DNA of 64,000 nt from Octopus sinensis (taxonomy: Eukaryota). Location: the NCBI RefSeq assembly GCF_006345805.1, contig NC_043001.1:123628001-123692000 (forward strand), read 5' to 3'. The position numbers and the translations under genes are program-made. Below the pieces are notes generated by a model that was not told the origin of the DNA, did not search any database, and was given only the letters and a program-made list of their open reading frames with translations. Below are positions 38,942-51,790 of the stretch, in pieces; positions within the stretch are counted from its first letter, which is position 1, and each line of letters opens with the position of its first letter.

Positions 38942-39276
38942 GTGAAGGCGCATAGCTCAGTGGTTAGAGCGTCATGCTTACGATCATGAGGTTGTGAGTT
39001 CAGATTCCGGACCGGGATGCGTGTTGTGTTCTTGAGCATGACATTTTATTTCACGTTGCTGCAGTTCACTCAGCTGTAGAATTGAGTTTCGACGTCACAG
39101 ATGCCAAGCTGTGTTGGCCTTTGCCTTTCTCTTGGATAACATCGTTAGCGTGGAGAGGGGAGGCTGGTATGTATGGGCGACTGCTGGTCTTCCATAAACA
39201 ACCTTGCCCAGACTTGTGCCTGGGAGGATAACTTTCTAGGCGCAATTACATGGTCAATCATGACCGAAGAGAGTCT
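38942..39276 (+). mobile_element. SINE family B
   Basis: Colinear with 16732-17070. Confidence 0.9.
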
Positions 39277-39304
39277 CCGATATATATGTATATTTTTCTG
39301 TTAT

Positions 39305-39636
39305 TCTTTTACTTGTTTCATTCATTTGACTGCGGCCATGTTGGAGCAAATCGACCCCAGAATTTATTCTTAGTAAGCCTAGTACTTTTTCTATCGTTCT
39401 CTATTGCCGAACCGCTAAGTTACAGGGGACGTAAACACACCAGCATCGGTTGCCAAGCGACGTTGGGGAGCAAAACACAAACACTCCATACATATATACG
39501 GATATATATATATATATATATACACGACAGACCTCTTTCAGTTTCCGTCTACCAAATCCACTCACAACGCTTTGGTCTGCCCGTGGCTATGGTAGAAAAC
39601 ACTTCCTCAATGTGCCTCGCAGTGGGACTGAACTCA
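39305..39636 (-). mobile_element. SINE family A, 5'-truncated
   Basis: Reverse complement of family A body. Confidence 0.85.
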
Positions 39637-39752
39637 CAAATATAAGTAGCCAAGATATAAACTGTAGCACCAGATGGGGGCTAATAGGAAGATTAATAAA
39701 AAAAACGCAGCATCAGAAGGACGGCTTTTTACCCAGAGAAATTCGGTAACTG

Positions 39753-39791
<39 letters not shown>

Positions 39792-39809
39792 TTTCTCTTT
39801 TCTCTTTTC

Positions 39810-40199
39810 TCTTTTACTTGTTTCAGTCATTTGACTGCGGCCATGCTGGAGCACCGCCTTTAATCGAGCAACTCGACCCCGGGACTTATTCTTTTGTAAG
39901 CCCAGTACTTATTCTATCGGTCTCTTCTGCTGAACCGCCAAGTAACGGGGACATAAACACACCAGCATCGGTTGTCAAGCAATGCTAGGTGGACAAACAC
40001 AGACACACACACACGCATACATATATAAATATACATATATACGACGGGCTACTTTCAGTTTCCGTCTACCAAATCCACTCACAAGGCTTTGGTTGGCCTG
40101 AGGCTATAGTAGAAGACACTTGCCCAAGGTGCCGCGAAGTGGGACTTAACCCGAAACCATGTGGTTGGTAAACAAGCTACTTACCACACAGCCATTCCT
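39810..40199 (-). mobile_element. SINE family A
   Basis: Full reverse-complement copy. Confidence 0.9.
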
Positions 40200-40629
40200 T
40201 AAATATAAAGAGACTAACATTTGCTTTCTTTATAAATGTCGGAATGTGTATTGTACAATACAAATAAGATAATTGTATTTCCGAACGGAGATTTGCCGTT
40301 AGAACAGCAGAAATTAAAGTTTAGATTTCAAATTTAAAATTTATCGTACATACTGCATTTTGGCTATATCCCGAGTCGTGTGCCAGCAGAGCACTTTTCA
40401 CCTTTTATGACACCCTAGCGTCAGTAAATGCACATTCGTTGCTGAATCTACGTTAGGAATTCCTCGGTGCATGTTGAGTATATCCTACATAATTGATACG
40501 GAAGAAAGAGTATGCCGTAAACATTATCAGAACGATTGTTTCGGCATAATTCTGCAGTGCTCCCTAGGAGTTTAGGAACGATATAATGAATTCTGGTGTA
40601 CCGCAGAGTGAAGAAAAAATTAAGGAGGA

Positions 40630-40663
40630 TTTAACTTTTCGAGCGGGGCTCTTCGTCAGAAAC
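40630..40663 (-). ncRNA. Degenerate minimal HHR
   Basis: TTT-CTGACGA-A-GAG ccccg CTC-GAA-AAGT-TAAA; helix III palindrome ACGT mutated; related to 23012-23048. Confidence 0.55.
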
Positions 40664-40842
40664 ATAGAAAAAGGAAAGGTCCAAGGAAGGGAAGAAGAAA
40701 GAAAATCGCCAACGATACACAAGCGGTCAAATATTGAATATATATATATAGCGCACTATATTTGTGCAGATATAAGAAGAAAAACGTTTACAGACATAAA
40801 AGAGAAGTAATACTTTTAGTCTATACTTTGGCCACATAATTA

Positions 40843-41234
40843 TCTTTATATATAAAAGAAAGGTTGTGTGTCTGTCTACTCCGATTTAGATTCCTAACTA
40901 CTCCCACATTTTGAAATGCAGTTTAACCAAAACCGGGTATCTTATAGTCGTGATTCATATCGAGCCCTTCTGGGTATTAGCGCGCATCTACGATGAGTCT
41001 ACGATTTTAAAAATAATTTACCATCATTTTTTCCATTTTAATGCATATTTTTTTAAACAAAGGGAAGTAACTCTCTAAAAATGTCTACGATGAATCAACG
41101 ATTAAAAAAAAAATTACCATAATTTTTTTCCCATTTTTAATGCATTTTTTTGCTCTTTTTTGGCTATAACTCTCTAAAAATGCTTTATAGTTATTTCCCT
41201 TACAAACCCGAGCAACGCCGGGCGATACTGCTAG
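40843..41234 (+). mobile_element. Complete non-autonomous Helitron (392 bp)
   Basis: A|TC 5' end, subterminal hairpin CCCG-agcaacgc-CGGG (41207-41222), CTAG|T 3' end, internal ~90-bp tandem duplication. Confidence 0.88.
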
Positions 41235-41634
41235 TCTTTCATAAAAGACATGACATGTTCGTGCCAAAAAAAGACCTCATTTGAGGTTTTGTTAATTTTG
41301 ATTTTTTAATTTCCATTGACTAATTTTATACTTAACAATTTATTTACTTGATATATTTTCCTGATATGTGTCTATTTGAATTTGCTAGCAGCCCTTTTCT
41401 AAAGGAATATTAAAGATAGAATATGGGTATAAAAGACTGCGATTCTATAACTGAACCAGCAGTTCTCTCAAATCTACTTACCTGATGACGTGTTAGTACA
41501 AAACTATTGCAGGATCTTAATTATGTAATATGTTTATTATAATATATGGGTACTTCAGCAGCTAACGTACAGAAACAATTGTTCCGATTTGGATTAAAGC
41601 CCGTTCAGTCCATCTTGTATTATAATGTCTTGCA

Positions 41635-41671
<37 letters not shown>

Positions 41672-41851
41672 CATACTTACACGTGTATATAGGAAAGATG
41701 AAACGCCTTTCAACTGCAAAAATGTTTTAACACATCAATATTTCTTATTAAATATCTTTCATATAGAAATGTTTGAATGGAATGTAACCAAAAGCAGTTC
41801 TCACTTATTCATAATTAGCTCTGTGCTATATTAGCGGCTCGATATACATAT

Positions 41852-41890
<39 letters not shown>

Positions 41891-41921
41891 GAAATATGTT
41901 ACAAAAAGAAAATAGAGCATA

Positions 41922-42013
<92 letters not shown>

Positions 42014-42564
42014 ATATATTATATATATACATGTATACACCTATGCACGTTTATATATACGTGTGTGTGTGTGTATCCACGCTTGTATATATACATTTAT
42101 GGCTAATTATGAATATATGGAAGCTAACTTCATTTGCTTACACTTCCTATCGATTTTTCACAGTCTTCCACGATTCTTCGTTTGCACGTTTTTTATGCAG
42201 TGTATTTACTTTAACAATCTATCTGCTGATTGGCATTTCATATTTTCGGCATTAATTAATTAGTGACTGTGCTTTTGCAATTACCAGTCCAACAACGATA
42301 TCTCAACATCGAAAAAGTAACGCAGTGGGAAGACATTTTGTGTAAACAATGTATCATGAAAATTAAAACACGCACTGCATCCAACATGTGCTTCAATGTA
42401 CACACACACACACACACACACATGAGAACACATACACATACACACACATATATTTTTTTATGTATATATGTGGGTATATTCACGTAATTATGTATAAAAC
42501 TGTATATATATGTACATGCATAAAACACATTTATATATACACATACATATAGATAAACATATAC

Positions 42565-42624
<60 letters not shown>

Positions 42625-42726
42625 CATATATATATATGCATATATATACTTATTTACATACATATATGTATGTATGTATGTATATATCTTTCTATGTATC
42701 TCTCTCTCGCTCTGTATATATATATG

Positions 42727-42791
<65 letters not shown>

Positions 42792-43664
42792 GCGTGTACA
42801 TATATGGGGTTACTCGTCGTTTTCGACGAAGATGATCCAGTTTGTTGAAATGAATTAGCTACCCATTGATAGTTAATCCACTTAAAATTTAAATATGTGT
42901 CTAGGTAACCATACCATTGACACGTGTTTGTTACCCTATTATTTATGCGGAGTTTACGTGGCAAAATGTGTTTATCTTGTGCTTTGATGCTGACAAAAGG
43001 GTATGGGTAGGTGCAAAGATTGTTGGTCTGTATATTTCTCTCTAAGTGTTCACTGTACTATAAGCAATTTCAATATTATGTAGAAGTTTTAATCCTAGTG
43101 TTCTATGGAGGCTACAACAACAACAAGTAAAGAAGCTGACTTCTTGATAGTCAAAGCAAAGAGTTAAATCCAATAAAATCCAAAATAGCTAAAACTATTT
43201 TCTTATCCTATAGCCACCTACTAAAAGAAAACAGCTAAATATGCACACCTGCTTAGAAAGTTCTACACACCTGACAAAATAGTAAACAATAACATGGAAC
43301 AAAATTTAATCAATCAAAATATCTCCAAAACATTTCTGCATAACAACTCACCGTAAAAGCTAATTATTCCACTCAAACTCATATACTCAACAGAGACTAT
43401 ATCAAGCCGAGATTAAATTCAATGTATCGCAGTTCGACGACGGTTAAACTGCCCGAAAGGTCGAAGTCATTATCAATAACATTCTTGCTTAAGAATAATA
43501 ATTTTGTACTCTACAAAATTATAGAGTAACCCATTGCATGAATGGAAAATTATTGTTTTATAACTGAACATAAAAACTGTGTGTATGTGAGAGGTGCATC
43601 TGTTAATGTGTCCGACTATTCATCCATCCCTCCATCTATCTATCTGTCTGTCTGTCTGTCTATC

Positions 43665-43696
<32 letters not shown>

Positions 43697-45153
43697 ATAC
43701 CACTTTGTAATGTAGTAGTGGGCTAATATGCACGAGTTACTATACGAAATTGCCTCAGTATTCGATTCGCGTTAAACTACATATTCCTATAATGCATTGT
43801 GTAGCGTTGTATAGATTTTAATTCAAGCAATACCGTAATAAAAGGAGCTTCACATCGTTGAAATATTAACGCTAAACAAGTGTTGCAATATTACAATTGT
43901 TTCAATTATCTTACCTTTAGTCTCTGCAGATGATGATATCGAAATATAAAAAGAAATGGTAAATAATGTCACATTTAGAATTAAGCTCAAAGAAAATACA
44001 AATAATGTCAGAACTGACAAATAGTTATATAAACAGCTATAGAATAGAGATTAGAACTAAAGCAAACGTAAAGGAGATAAGATAAAGTTTATAGAGAAAC
44101 ATAATACTGAAAGGGAAAAAATTTTAATGCTGAAATTAAATAAAATACTGTAATAAAGTAAGAATAAACAGAAATAAATGTAAACAAATAAGAGACCAGG
44201 CAAACACTATTTTAGAAGATTATGCCCCAATCGAGCGAAAAGGAATAAAAAAAAAAGCCATCAAATTATAAATACGGAATAAAAGGAAGAAACAGAATGA
44301 ATGGAATATGAAATAATAAAAAGAAAGATAAGCAAAAATAATATAAAACTTCTATAGAACTTCAAAAGTTAAAAACTAAGAATTAAAATAAAGTAAAATT
44401 AAATGAAAATAATGAAATAGGATAAAGTATAAAGAATAAGAATGAAGGAATAAATATGACAAAATAATAATGAAGTTAATAATAAAACAAATTAACAAAA
44501 TAAAATATATCTTAACGGTTGTTGACGGGACATGAGAATACAGTATTTGGTATAAGATGGAAGGTCAATAGCAAAACAATCCAATCAACTAGACGCAGCC
44601 ATCTTAGATTGATAAGGGCACACTAAGTAGGTATCAATATTTTACTAGGAAGTTTCCAGTGATGTTCTGATACACTTTAAAGGTTCTTATTGTCATATAG
44701 TCGATATATGTAGCAATGGCGAACGTACGTATACATGAGAAGAAACCATTCTACGAAACTCTAATATTAGTATTAACACTCGGTTATATGGAAGAAAATA
44801 CCGTTAACAATAATAATGAAATATTTAAGTATTTGTTTTGCAAGATTCCTGCTGTAAAATCGTGTTTTGAAGCAGATATTTTTATATTTCTGGATGATCT
44901 TTTTCCTTGCAAATAATGGACTAAAGAAAACAGGAGAACGCATCATGGGAAGTTGTTGAAGTGATCAGAGGAGGTATGACGAAAGATTTACAAACAAGGG
45001 ACATAAAATAAGAACAATAATAAAGCTGAAGTGAAGAACGAATAAATAGTCCGTGTGTTTATGTTGCTAAAAAGCAAAAAAAAAAAGAAAAAGAACAAAA
45101 AACAAACACAATAAAAAAATCAATGACCATCCCGAAATATAATAATATTAATA

Positions 45154-45231
<78 letters not shown>

Positions 45232-45442
45232 TTAATTTGTTTATTGGCTACAAGGGCTAACAAAAATCAATTAAAACATAAAGGGACAAAACACAGGACG
45301 AAAGTTACAAAGGGTTTTGTCTGTTTGAAAAAAGTTCGTGTACAAAAGCAAGATAACAACGAAATATAAGGAACAATTAAAACTCCCAATAGGGGGAGGA
45401 TAATAATAACCGTACTTCCTATTCTCCATCTCATTTTTTCAG

Positions 45443-45835
45443 CCAGACATAGTCTTAATTGAGAAAGAAAAGAAACTATGCTGGATCATAGATGTAGCAT
45501 GCCCAGCTGACAAGTTGTTATGAGATAAGGAAGAAAGAAAAGTCGATAGATATTACAGGTTAGCTTGGGAGGTTAAGCAGTTGTGGTCGATGAAAAAGGT
45601 GGTAGTAGTACCAATAATTGTTGGAACTCTGAGAACAGTGAGTAAAAATCTTGAGAAGTAAATGGAACAAATAGGGGCTGCAATAGAGTGGAGCAGTTGC
45701 AGAAAACAGTACTGCTTTGAGCCGCTCGAATACCCCGAAAGGTGCTCGGAAAATAAGAGGTGTTACCTTAGTTCACTGGTAGTGAACAGCTGACACTGTA
45801 GTACATCTCCAGCGTTAGAAGCTGTGCAAAGGCAA
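45443..45835 (+). mobile_element. Dong/R4-like 3' fragment
   Basis: PDIVLIEKEKKLCWIIDVACPAD...KVDRY..LAWEVKQLWSMKKVVVVPIIVGTL...LQKTVLL.AARI.RKVL; ends in (AAT)n. Confidence 0.85.
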
Positions 45836-45850
45836 TAATAATAATAAACG

Positions 45851-46343
45851 CATATTGTTTTGTCTTGGTATAAAAGATTGGCTACAGCAAATATTCTGCT
45901 AAATACCACAGTTTGTTTGTCACTTGCCTGACCTTAACCAGTTGAGCATTTCCCGTGGTAGCTAACTATATGTGCATCTCTGATCACGAGCAGAAGTAGT
46001 GGGGGAGCATCATAGCCATGTGTTGAGAAGAATTCTTTGGGGTCTGGATAATTCACCTTTGGAAACATGGGTGCTTCATTGAACATCGTTAAATAAGCCT
46101 TATTCAGAGACCTTTTCAGCAAGATGGGCTACTCAATCTCAAGAAAAAATTCTAATTGGGCCCTACCTACAAGGTCATGCACTGTTTATCTTGATTCTGA
46201 TATAAGGTCACCATGTCGCGCACATACGGTTGTGATGCATGTGTCTGGTGTAACCTTATCAGACGAGTAGTCATGATGGGTAAACTGAGCTTCGTATATT
46301 TTACCCCATTGTCACTTTGATGGCATGAACTGCTCTCTCACTC
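45851..46343 (+). mobile_element. ~550-bp (TAA)n-embedded repeat, truncated copy
   Basis: Reverse complement of 30961-31445; followed by (AAT)n. Confidence 0.85.
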
Positions 46344-46396
<53 letters not shown>

Positions 46397-46498
46397 TAAT
46401 AATAATACTGATGACGAAGATGATGATGATGATGATGATAAAAATAATAACAACAACAACAACAACACAACAACAACTAAAACAAAACAACAACAATA

Positions 46499-46564
<66 letters not shown>

Positions 46565-46586
46565 TGAGATGATGGTGATGCTAATC

Positions 46587-46849
46587 TGTTGAGCATGTCT
46601 GTTAGTGGCTGACGTTATATGCATTTTTGATGACGAGCAGAAGTAGAAGGGGATCATCATGACTATGTTTTGAGAGGTCTTCTTTGGAGTTTGAATAATT
46701 CAACCCTGGAAACATGGGTGTCCGTTTATCATCCTGCAACAAACCTTATTCAGGGAGTTTTCGAACAGGATGGGCTACTCGACCAGAAGAAATTTCTAGC
46801 TAGGCCCCTACCTGCAAGGTCATTCTCTGTTTATCTTGATATGAGGTCA
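46587..46849 (+). mobile_element. Diverged fragment of the (TAA)n-embedded repeat, running into the gap
   Basis: Aligns with 45940-46207. Confidence 0.75.
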
Positions 46850-46949
46850 NNNNNNNNNNNNNNNNNNNNNNNNNNNNNNNNNNNNNNNNNNNNNNNNNNN
46901 NNNNNNNNNNNNNNNNNNNNNNNNNNNNNNNNNNNNNNNNNNNNNNNNN
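46850..46949. other. Assembly gap (100 N)
   Basis: Run of exactly 100 N. Confidence 1.
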
Positions 46950-47016
46950 GTATTATATATATATATATATATCTATATATATATATATACGTAAACAAAG
47001 TCAAATGCGATACAAT

Positions 47017-47051
<35 letters not shown>

Positions 47052-47090
47052 GTGTATATATATATATTTATATGTATAAATATATATATA

Positions 47091-47386
47091 GGAGAGGCTG
47101 TATGGCTAGAAGCTTGCTTCGCTTGGCAATCGCATCGTTTCGGATTTAATCCCGTGACCTGGTCCCTTGGGCAAATGTTTCCTACTATAGCCTCGAGTGG
47201 ACCTTGTGAGTGGATATGGTAGACGGAAATTAAAAGAAGCCCGTCGTGTATATATATGTATATGTGTTTATGTGTGTGTCCGTCTCCCAATCCCGCTTGA
47301 CAACAAGTGTTGGTGTGTTTATATCCACATAATTTAACGGTTCAGCTAAAGGGATCGATAGAATAAGTACCGGGCGTAAAAAATAA
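47091..47386 (+). mobile_element. Old, diverged SINE family A copy
   Basis: CCTTGGGCAAATG..CTATAGCCTCG..GTAGACGGAAA..GAAGCCCGTCG..GATAGAATAAGTAC. Confidence 0.75.
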
Positions 47387-47395
47387 GAAGTATGA

Positions 47396-47443
<48 letters not shown>

Positions 47444-48236
47444 GCGCATACACAAACACACACACACACGTAACGAAAAGTCATCGAAAAAGTAAAGGTT
47501 TGCCTGTTTCACACTAACATATTAGAAGTCTACGAAGGTATACTGGATGTTAGAGGCCGCTTGTGACACGAAGCACTTAGGGAGAGATGTGTTGAATGTG
47601 TTAGATCAGGAAAGAACGGCTTGCAGTTTTGTATGAGGAATTCCGTCGTTATACTCATACATATTTGATATTAGGATTGTATAAAATCTTACATTATAAT
47701 TCAAAGTTCAATTTACAAAGGAAAGACATAGTGTGAAGTTGTTTCGTTTTTGTTTTCCATCAAAAAAACTATTAGCATGGTAAGCGAAGCGAAGTAATCC
47801 TGCGTTATTCAAGACAGTTTCACATTAATACTCAGATGAACTGACTGCTTAACCAAAAAGACAAAAGTACCAAAGCTATACGATAAGATCATGGGAAATC
47901 TCAACTTCACATCGCCTGCCAGACATTCATGTAGCACAAATATGAAATTGGTTAACGACTAGCTTTTCGAAGATAAGGTGAATTTCGGTCAGAACCAAAA
48001 GAATAAAAAAAAAATTATGCACTATATTCGAAATTCTATCACTTAGGTCATTGTATGTTGTTTAAGCTTCTAGATTTATACATTTATTCACTAGTTTTTG
48101 ATAATGTTTTTTCTGTTTTCTACATTTTCCATCACAGAATATAATGGCGGCTGTTGCGCTTAACTCAAATGAATAGTAAGACGATTTGCATAGACGTAAT
48201 AATGATAATAATAATAATAATGATGATGATAATAAC

Positions 48237-48292
<56 letters not shown>

Positions 48293-48783
48293 TAGACATT
48301 TGTAGTTATAGCGACCGGCGTTCGGAGACAGCAGAAGATTTTTCAGCGTCGGCGAAATGGTTCATTGTTTAGTGGAAATTGCTGCTATAATACAGGCAAA
48401 ACTAATGTCGTCGTAAGAAATAACTAGAGTGAAAAGCATTCAGTGAATTTCGCTTGTGTGTGTTAGCAAAAGAAATAGTAAGTGGTTTGTGAAATTGTAT
48501 ATTTATAGAAACAGGAGAATATCTTCTAAAAGAAGTGCTTACCGAGTTCCTGGAAATCAACTTTTCTCTCTCTTCTCTCTCTCTCTCTCAGACTGCTCCT
48601 CTTCCCCACTCTCCATATCACTGACTTTTTTCTAACAATTTATGTCCTTACTTTTTTTACTTTTCAACTCTAGTTTTATTTCAGTTCACTTGTCTCTCTT
48701 TCTGTGAGGCAGTCTCACCCGTCATCTATCAACTGCCAAACTATATTTAATATGCGCATGCGTATTTATTGCAGCGCATATAC

Positions 48784-48827
<44 letters not shown>

Positions 48828-50189
48828 ATGTGTGTGTGTGTACACAAACATACATATATAACAGGTGCGGTGTTCAACCCGTTGAAGGGTTAAGTTTATC
48901 ATCTAAGGAAACTATGGTCAGATTTGAACACAGAACAGTAAGAACCGGAACAAGTACCGCAAATCATCTGCTGTGCAGTTCTTTCAGCCATGCCCACCAA
49001 TCTTTTGCTCTTGACTGGCATTTTCTCATCACCGCAAAGATGAAAGTCAAACTGTCCTCAGTCGTTCTTCAACACAAAGCGCAAGCAACTGGAATAAATA
49101 TCTCTACACATCTCATCCGACACCCGACCTAATCTACCATTCAGCGATTAATTGATTAGACGATTTAAGATAATGATGCTAGAAGATTTATCAGGTATGT
49201 CTTCGTACGAAATACACATATTTAGTGCAGGCTCAGATATTTAAAATTCTGAATCTTGAAGAAATTCTAAACAACTGAAATTACAGTCGCAACAAACTGG
49301 CATTATCCAGGAAAACTTAAGAACTATAAATAATGCCAAGATTTGGGAAGTATGTGTTAGACAAATATTATCCTGGGAAGCCTACTAAGATGGAAATATA
49401 TCTAGAAGTTTTTCTGTATTTATTAAGATCAAACTCATTCCCAACTCCATTTCAATTTTAGTCAGTCCATATTTCAGTCTACGTCCATGCATATCTTGAA
49501 AAGAGGTGTCATTAATGCTAATATCAATTCTTCTTATTACATCAGCAGTTTGATTACAAAGAATCGGACTGAATACAATAAATCTGTTATACCGCACTTA
49601 GCGATTATAAGTCAGCATAAGGTCGGAGACGAATTTGACAAGCATTTACTGTTCAGACTATTTCAAGTCACAAACGCTCCGGTTAATATTATAGACACTT
49701 TTTTCTAAAACATCACGTAGTATTTATCCATTCACGACTTGTCTTTCAGAGGAATACGTTCATGGGGGTCACCTGTTCAATTTAATTTACCGATCATATC
49801 ATGAAGCAGCAGCCTCAATATACCATTATGAGATGCTCAAGTTATTGACAGTCAAATATAACTGAAATCACACCTCCGACTCTTAAAAAAGAAGCATACA
49901 TTGGCTAAAAAAGTTCTGGTGTACAAAAAGAAGACAAAGCAATCACAGCTAGATTGTCTTTCGTCATAGATCTTCTTGGCCAACGCTGTTCTATGGGAAA
50001 ACAACAACATTAATATCATCGACAACAAATTCAACAGCAACATCAATACAATGTGATGCAGTCGTTAGTAAAGCAATATATTTTCTTTAAAGAAAAGTTC
50101 CGTTTCTTGTTGGAGTCAGTATGTTGATGCGGATGTCAAATACGTTTACAGTTCTATATTCAATAGATGAGGAATTATGTAAAATATTT

Positions 50190-50546
<357 letters not shown>

Positions 50547-50553
<7 letters not shown>

Positions 50554-50611
50554 CATTGTGCTTAAGAACGTGGGCTCGATTCCAGGCAGTGATCTGAATA
50601 ATAATAATAAC

Positions 50612-50675
<64 letters not shown>

Positions 50676-51098
50676 GTTTAAATTTAGATAAATCGAACAG
50701 TAAAATAATACAAACGTATTTGATATCATTTACCTTATTTCCATTATTTACATATCCTTAGAAAAACCCTATCAATGTAAATGTTTGTGTTTGTATTACA
50801 TGGAGATATTTCTCTACTTCCCCTCCCCAAGCTTTCAGCTATATTTCAACAACTCTTAACCTTCACTTGCTCTAGGGCGCTGGGTGTGCCCCGGCAGGTG
50901 ATTGCATCAAACATGCAGATTAAAAGTAAATGACAATGATGATAATAATAATAATAATAACAACATCGAAAAATGCCTTAGGAGTGAGAACCCAGGTTCG
51001 AAATTACCCCAAGACACCTGATGAAGGCTAGAGGGTATATTAGCCGAAACGTGTTAACAAACAAGATGAGGACAAATATCCGTCAAATGTAAATAATG
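50547..51098 (+). mobile_element. Second, rearranged copy of the tRNA-(AAT)n-HHR element
   Basis: Deleted head 50547-50597, (AAT)n, ~260-bp interruption, then (AAT)n and body 50940-51098 matching 50190-50325. Confidence 0.7.
51013..51055 (+). ncRNA. Minimal type I HHR with a 3-nt deletion near the cleavage site
   Basis: GACAC-CTGATGA-A-GGCTA gagggtatat TAGCC-GAA-ACGT-GTT; perfect stem II. Confidence 0.7.
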
Positions 51099-51790
51099 GA
51101 AATAAGGTAAATGATATCAAATACGTTTGTATTATTTTACTGTTCGATTTATCTAAATTTAAACACCTATCTGGAGATCTTTCCTTGTTCCAGTAACCAA
51201 TCGGATAAATATCTCTAATAATATATTCTGGATTCAATGCGATGTTCTGTATAATAAGTAAACGTGAACCCTTGTTCATTATGAAGAGTTTCTCTTGTGA
51301 ACATTGCTGAACTCTAGCCACACTTACCGAGCAAACAACTTTATCAGAGCGAATAACTGATGGAAATAGCAACTTATTCATACTCAAATCATACCTATTT
51401 CTTTACTACCCACAAGGGGCTACACACAGAGGCGACAAACAAGGACAGACAAACGGATTAAGTCGATTATATCGACCTCAGTGCGTAACTGGTACTTATT
51501 TAATCGACCCCGAAAGGATGAAAGGTAAAATCTACCTCGGCGGAATTTGAACCCAGAACGTAGCGGCAGACGAAATACCGCTAAGCATTTTGCCCGGCGT
51601 GCTAACGATTCTGCCAGCTCGCCTCCTTTCATACTCAAATCATACCATGCTCTTCTTAGATGTGGAAATGGCACGCTGGTTAATTCAGTTCGAAAATGTG
51701 GGAAGGCCACGGTTGGAATTCGTTGCTGATATTTCCTGTCGATGAGTGTTGAGATGGAGCATGGCAAGCAAAAGCTAATGAAGAGTCTGA
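51090..51790 (-). pseudogene. SINE-interrupted ~150-codon open frame, unidentified (possible iGluR/ANF-receptor-type ectodomain exon)
   Basis: Removing SINE D and one TSD copy joins the two track ORFs in frame (..AWYDLS|MNKLLF..IYPIGYWNKER..LNL); paralogue at 52063-52131 with synonymous bias. Confidence 0.4.
51396..51627 (-). mobile_element. SINE family D with 19-bp target-site duplication
   Basis: TTCATACTCAAATCATACC at 51377-51395 and 51628-51646. Confidence 0.93.

Noticed and set aside
46850-46949. Structure spanning the N run
   Set aside because: Gap of unknown size; adjacency of the two sides is not evidence
48306-48412. Possible small exons (also near 2325, 4655, 18335-18372, 44845-44975 and 53584)
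   Set aside because: Splice-like signals are present but peptides are short, often need frameshifts, and have no recognisable homology
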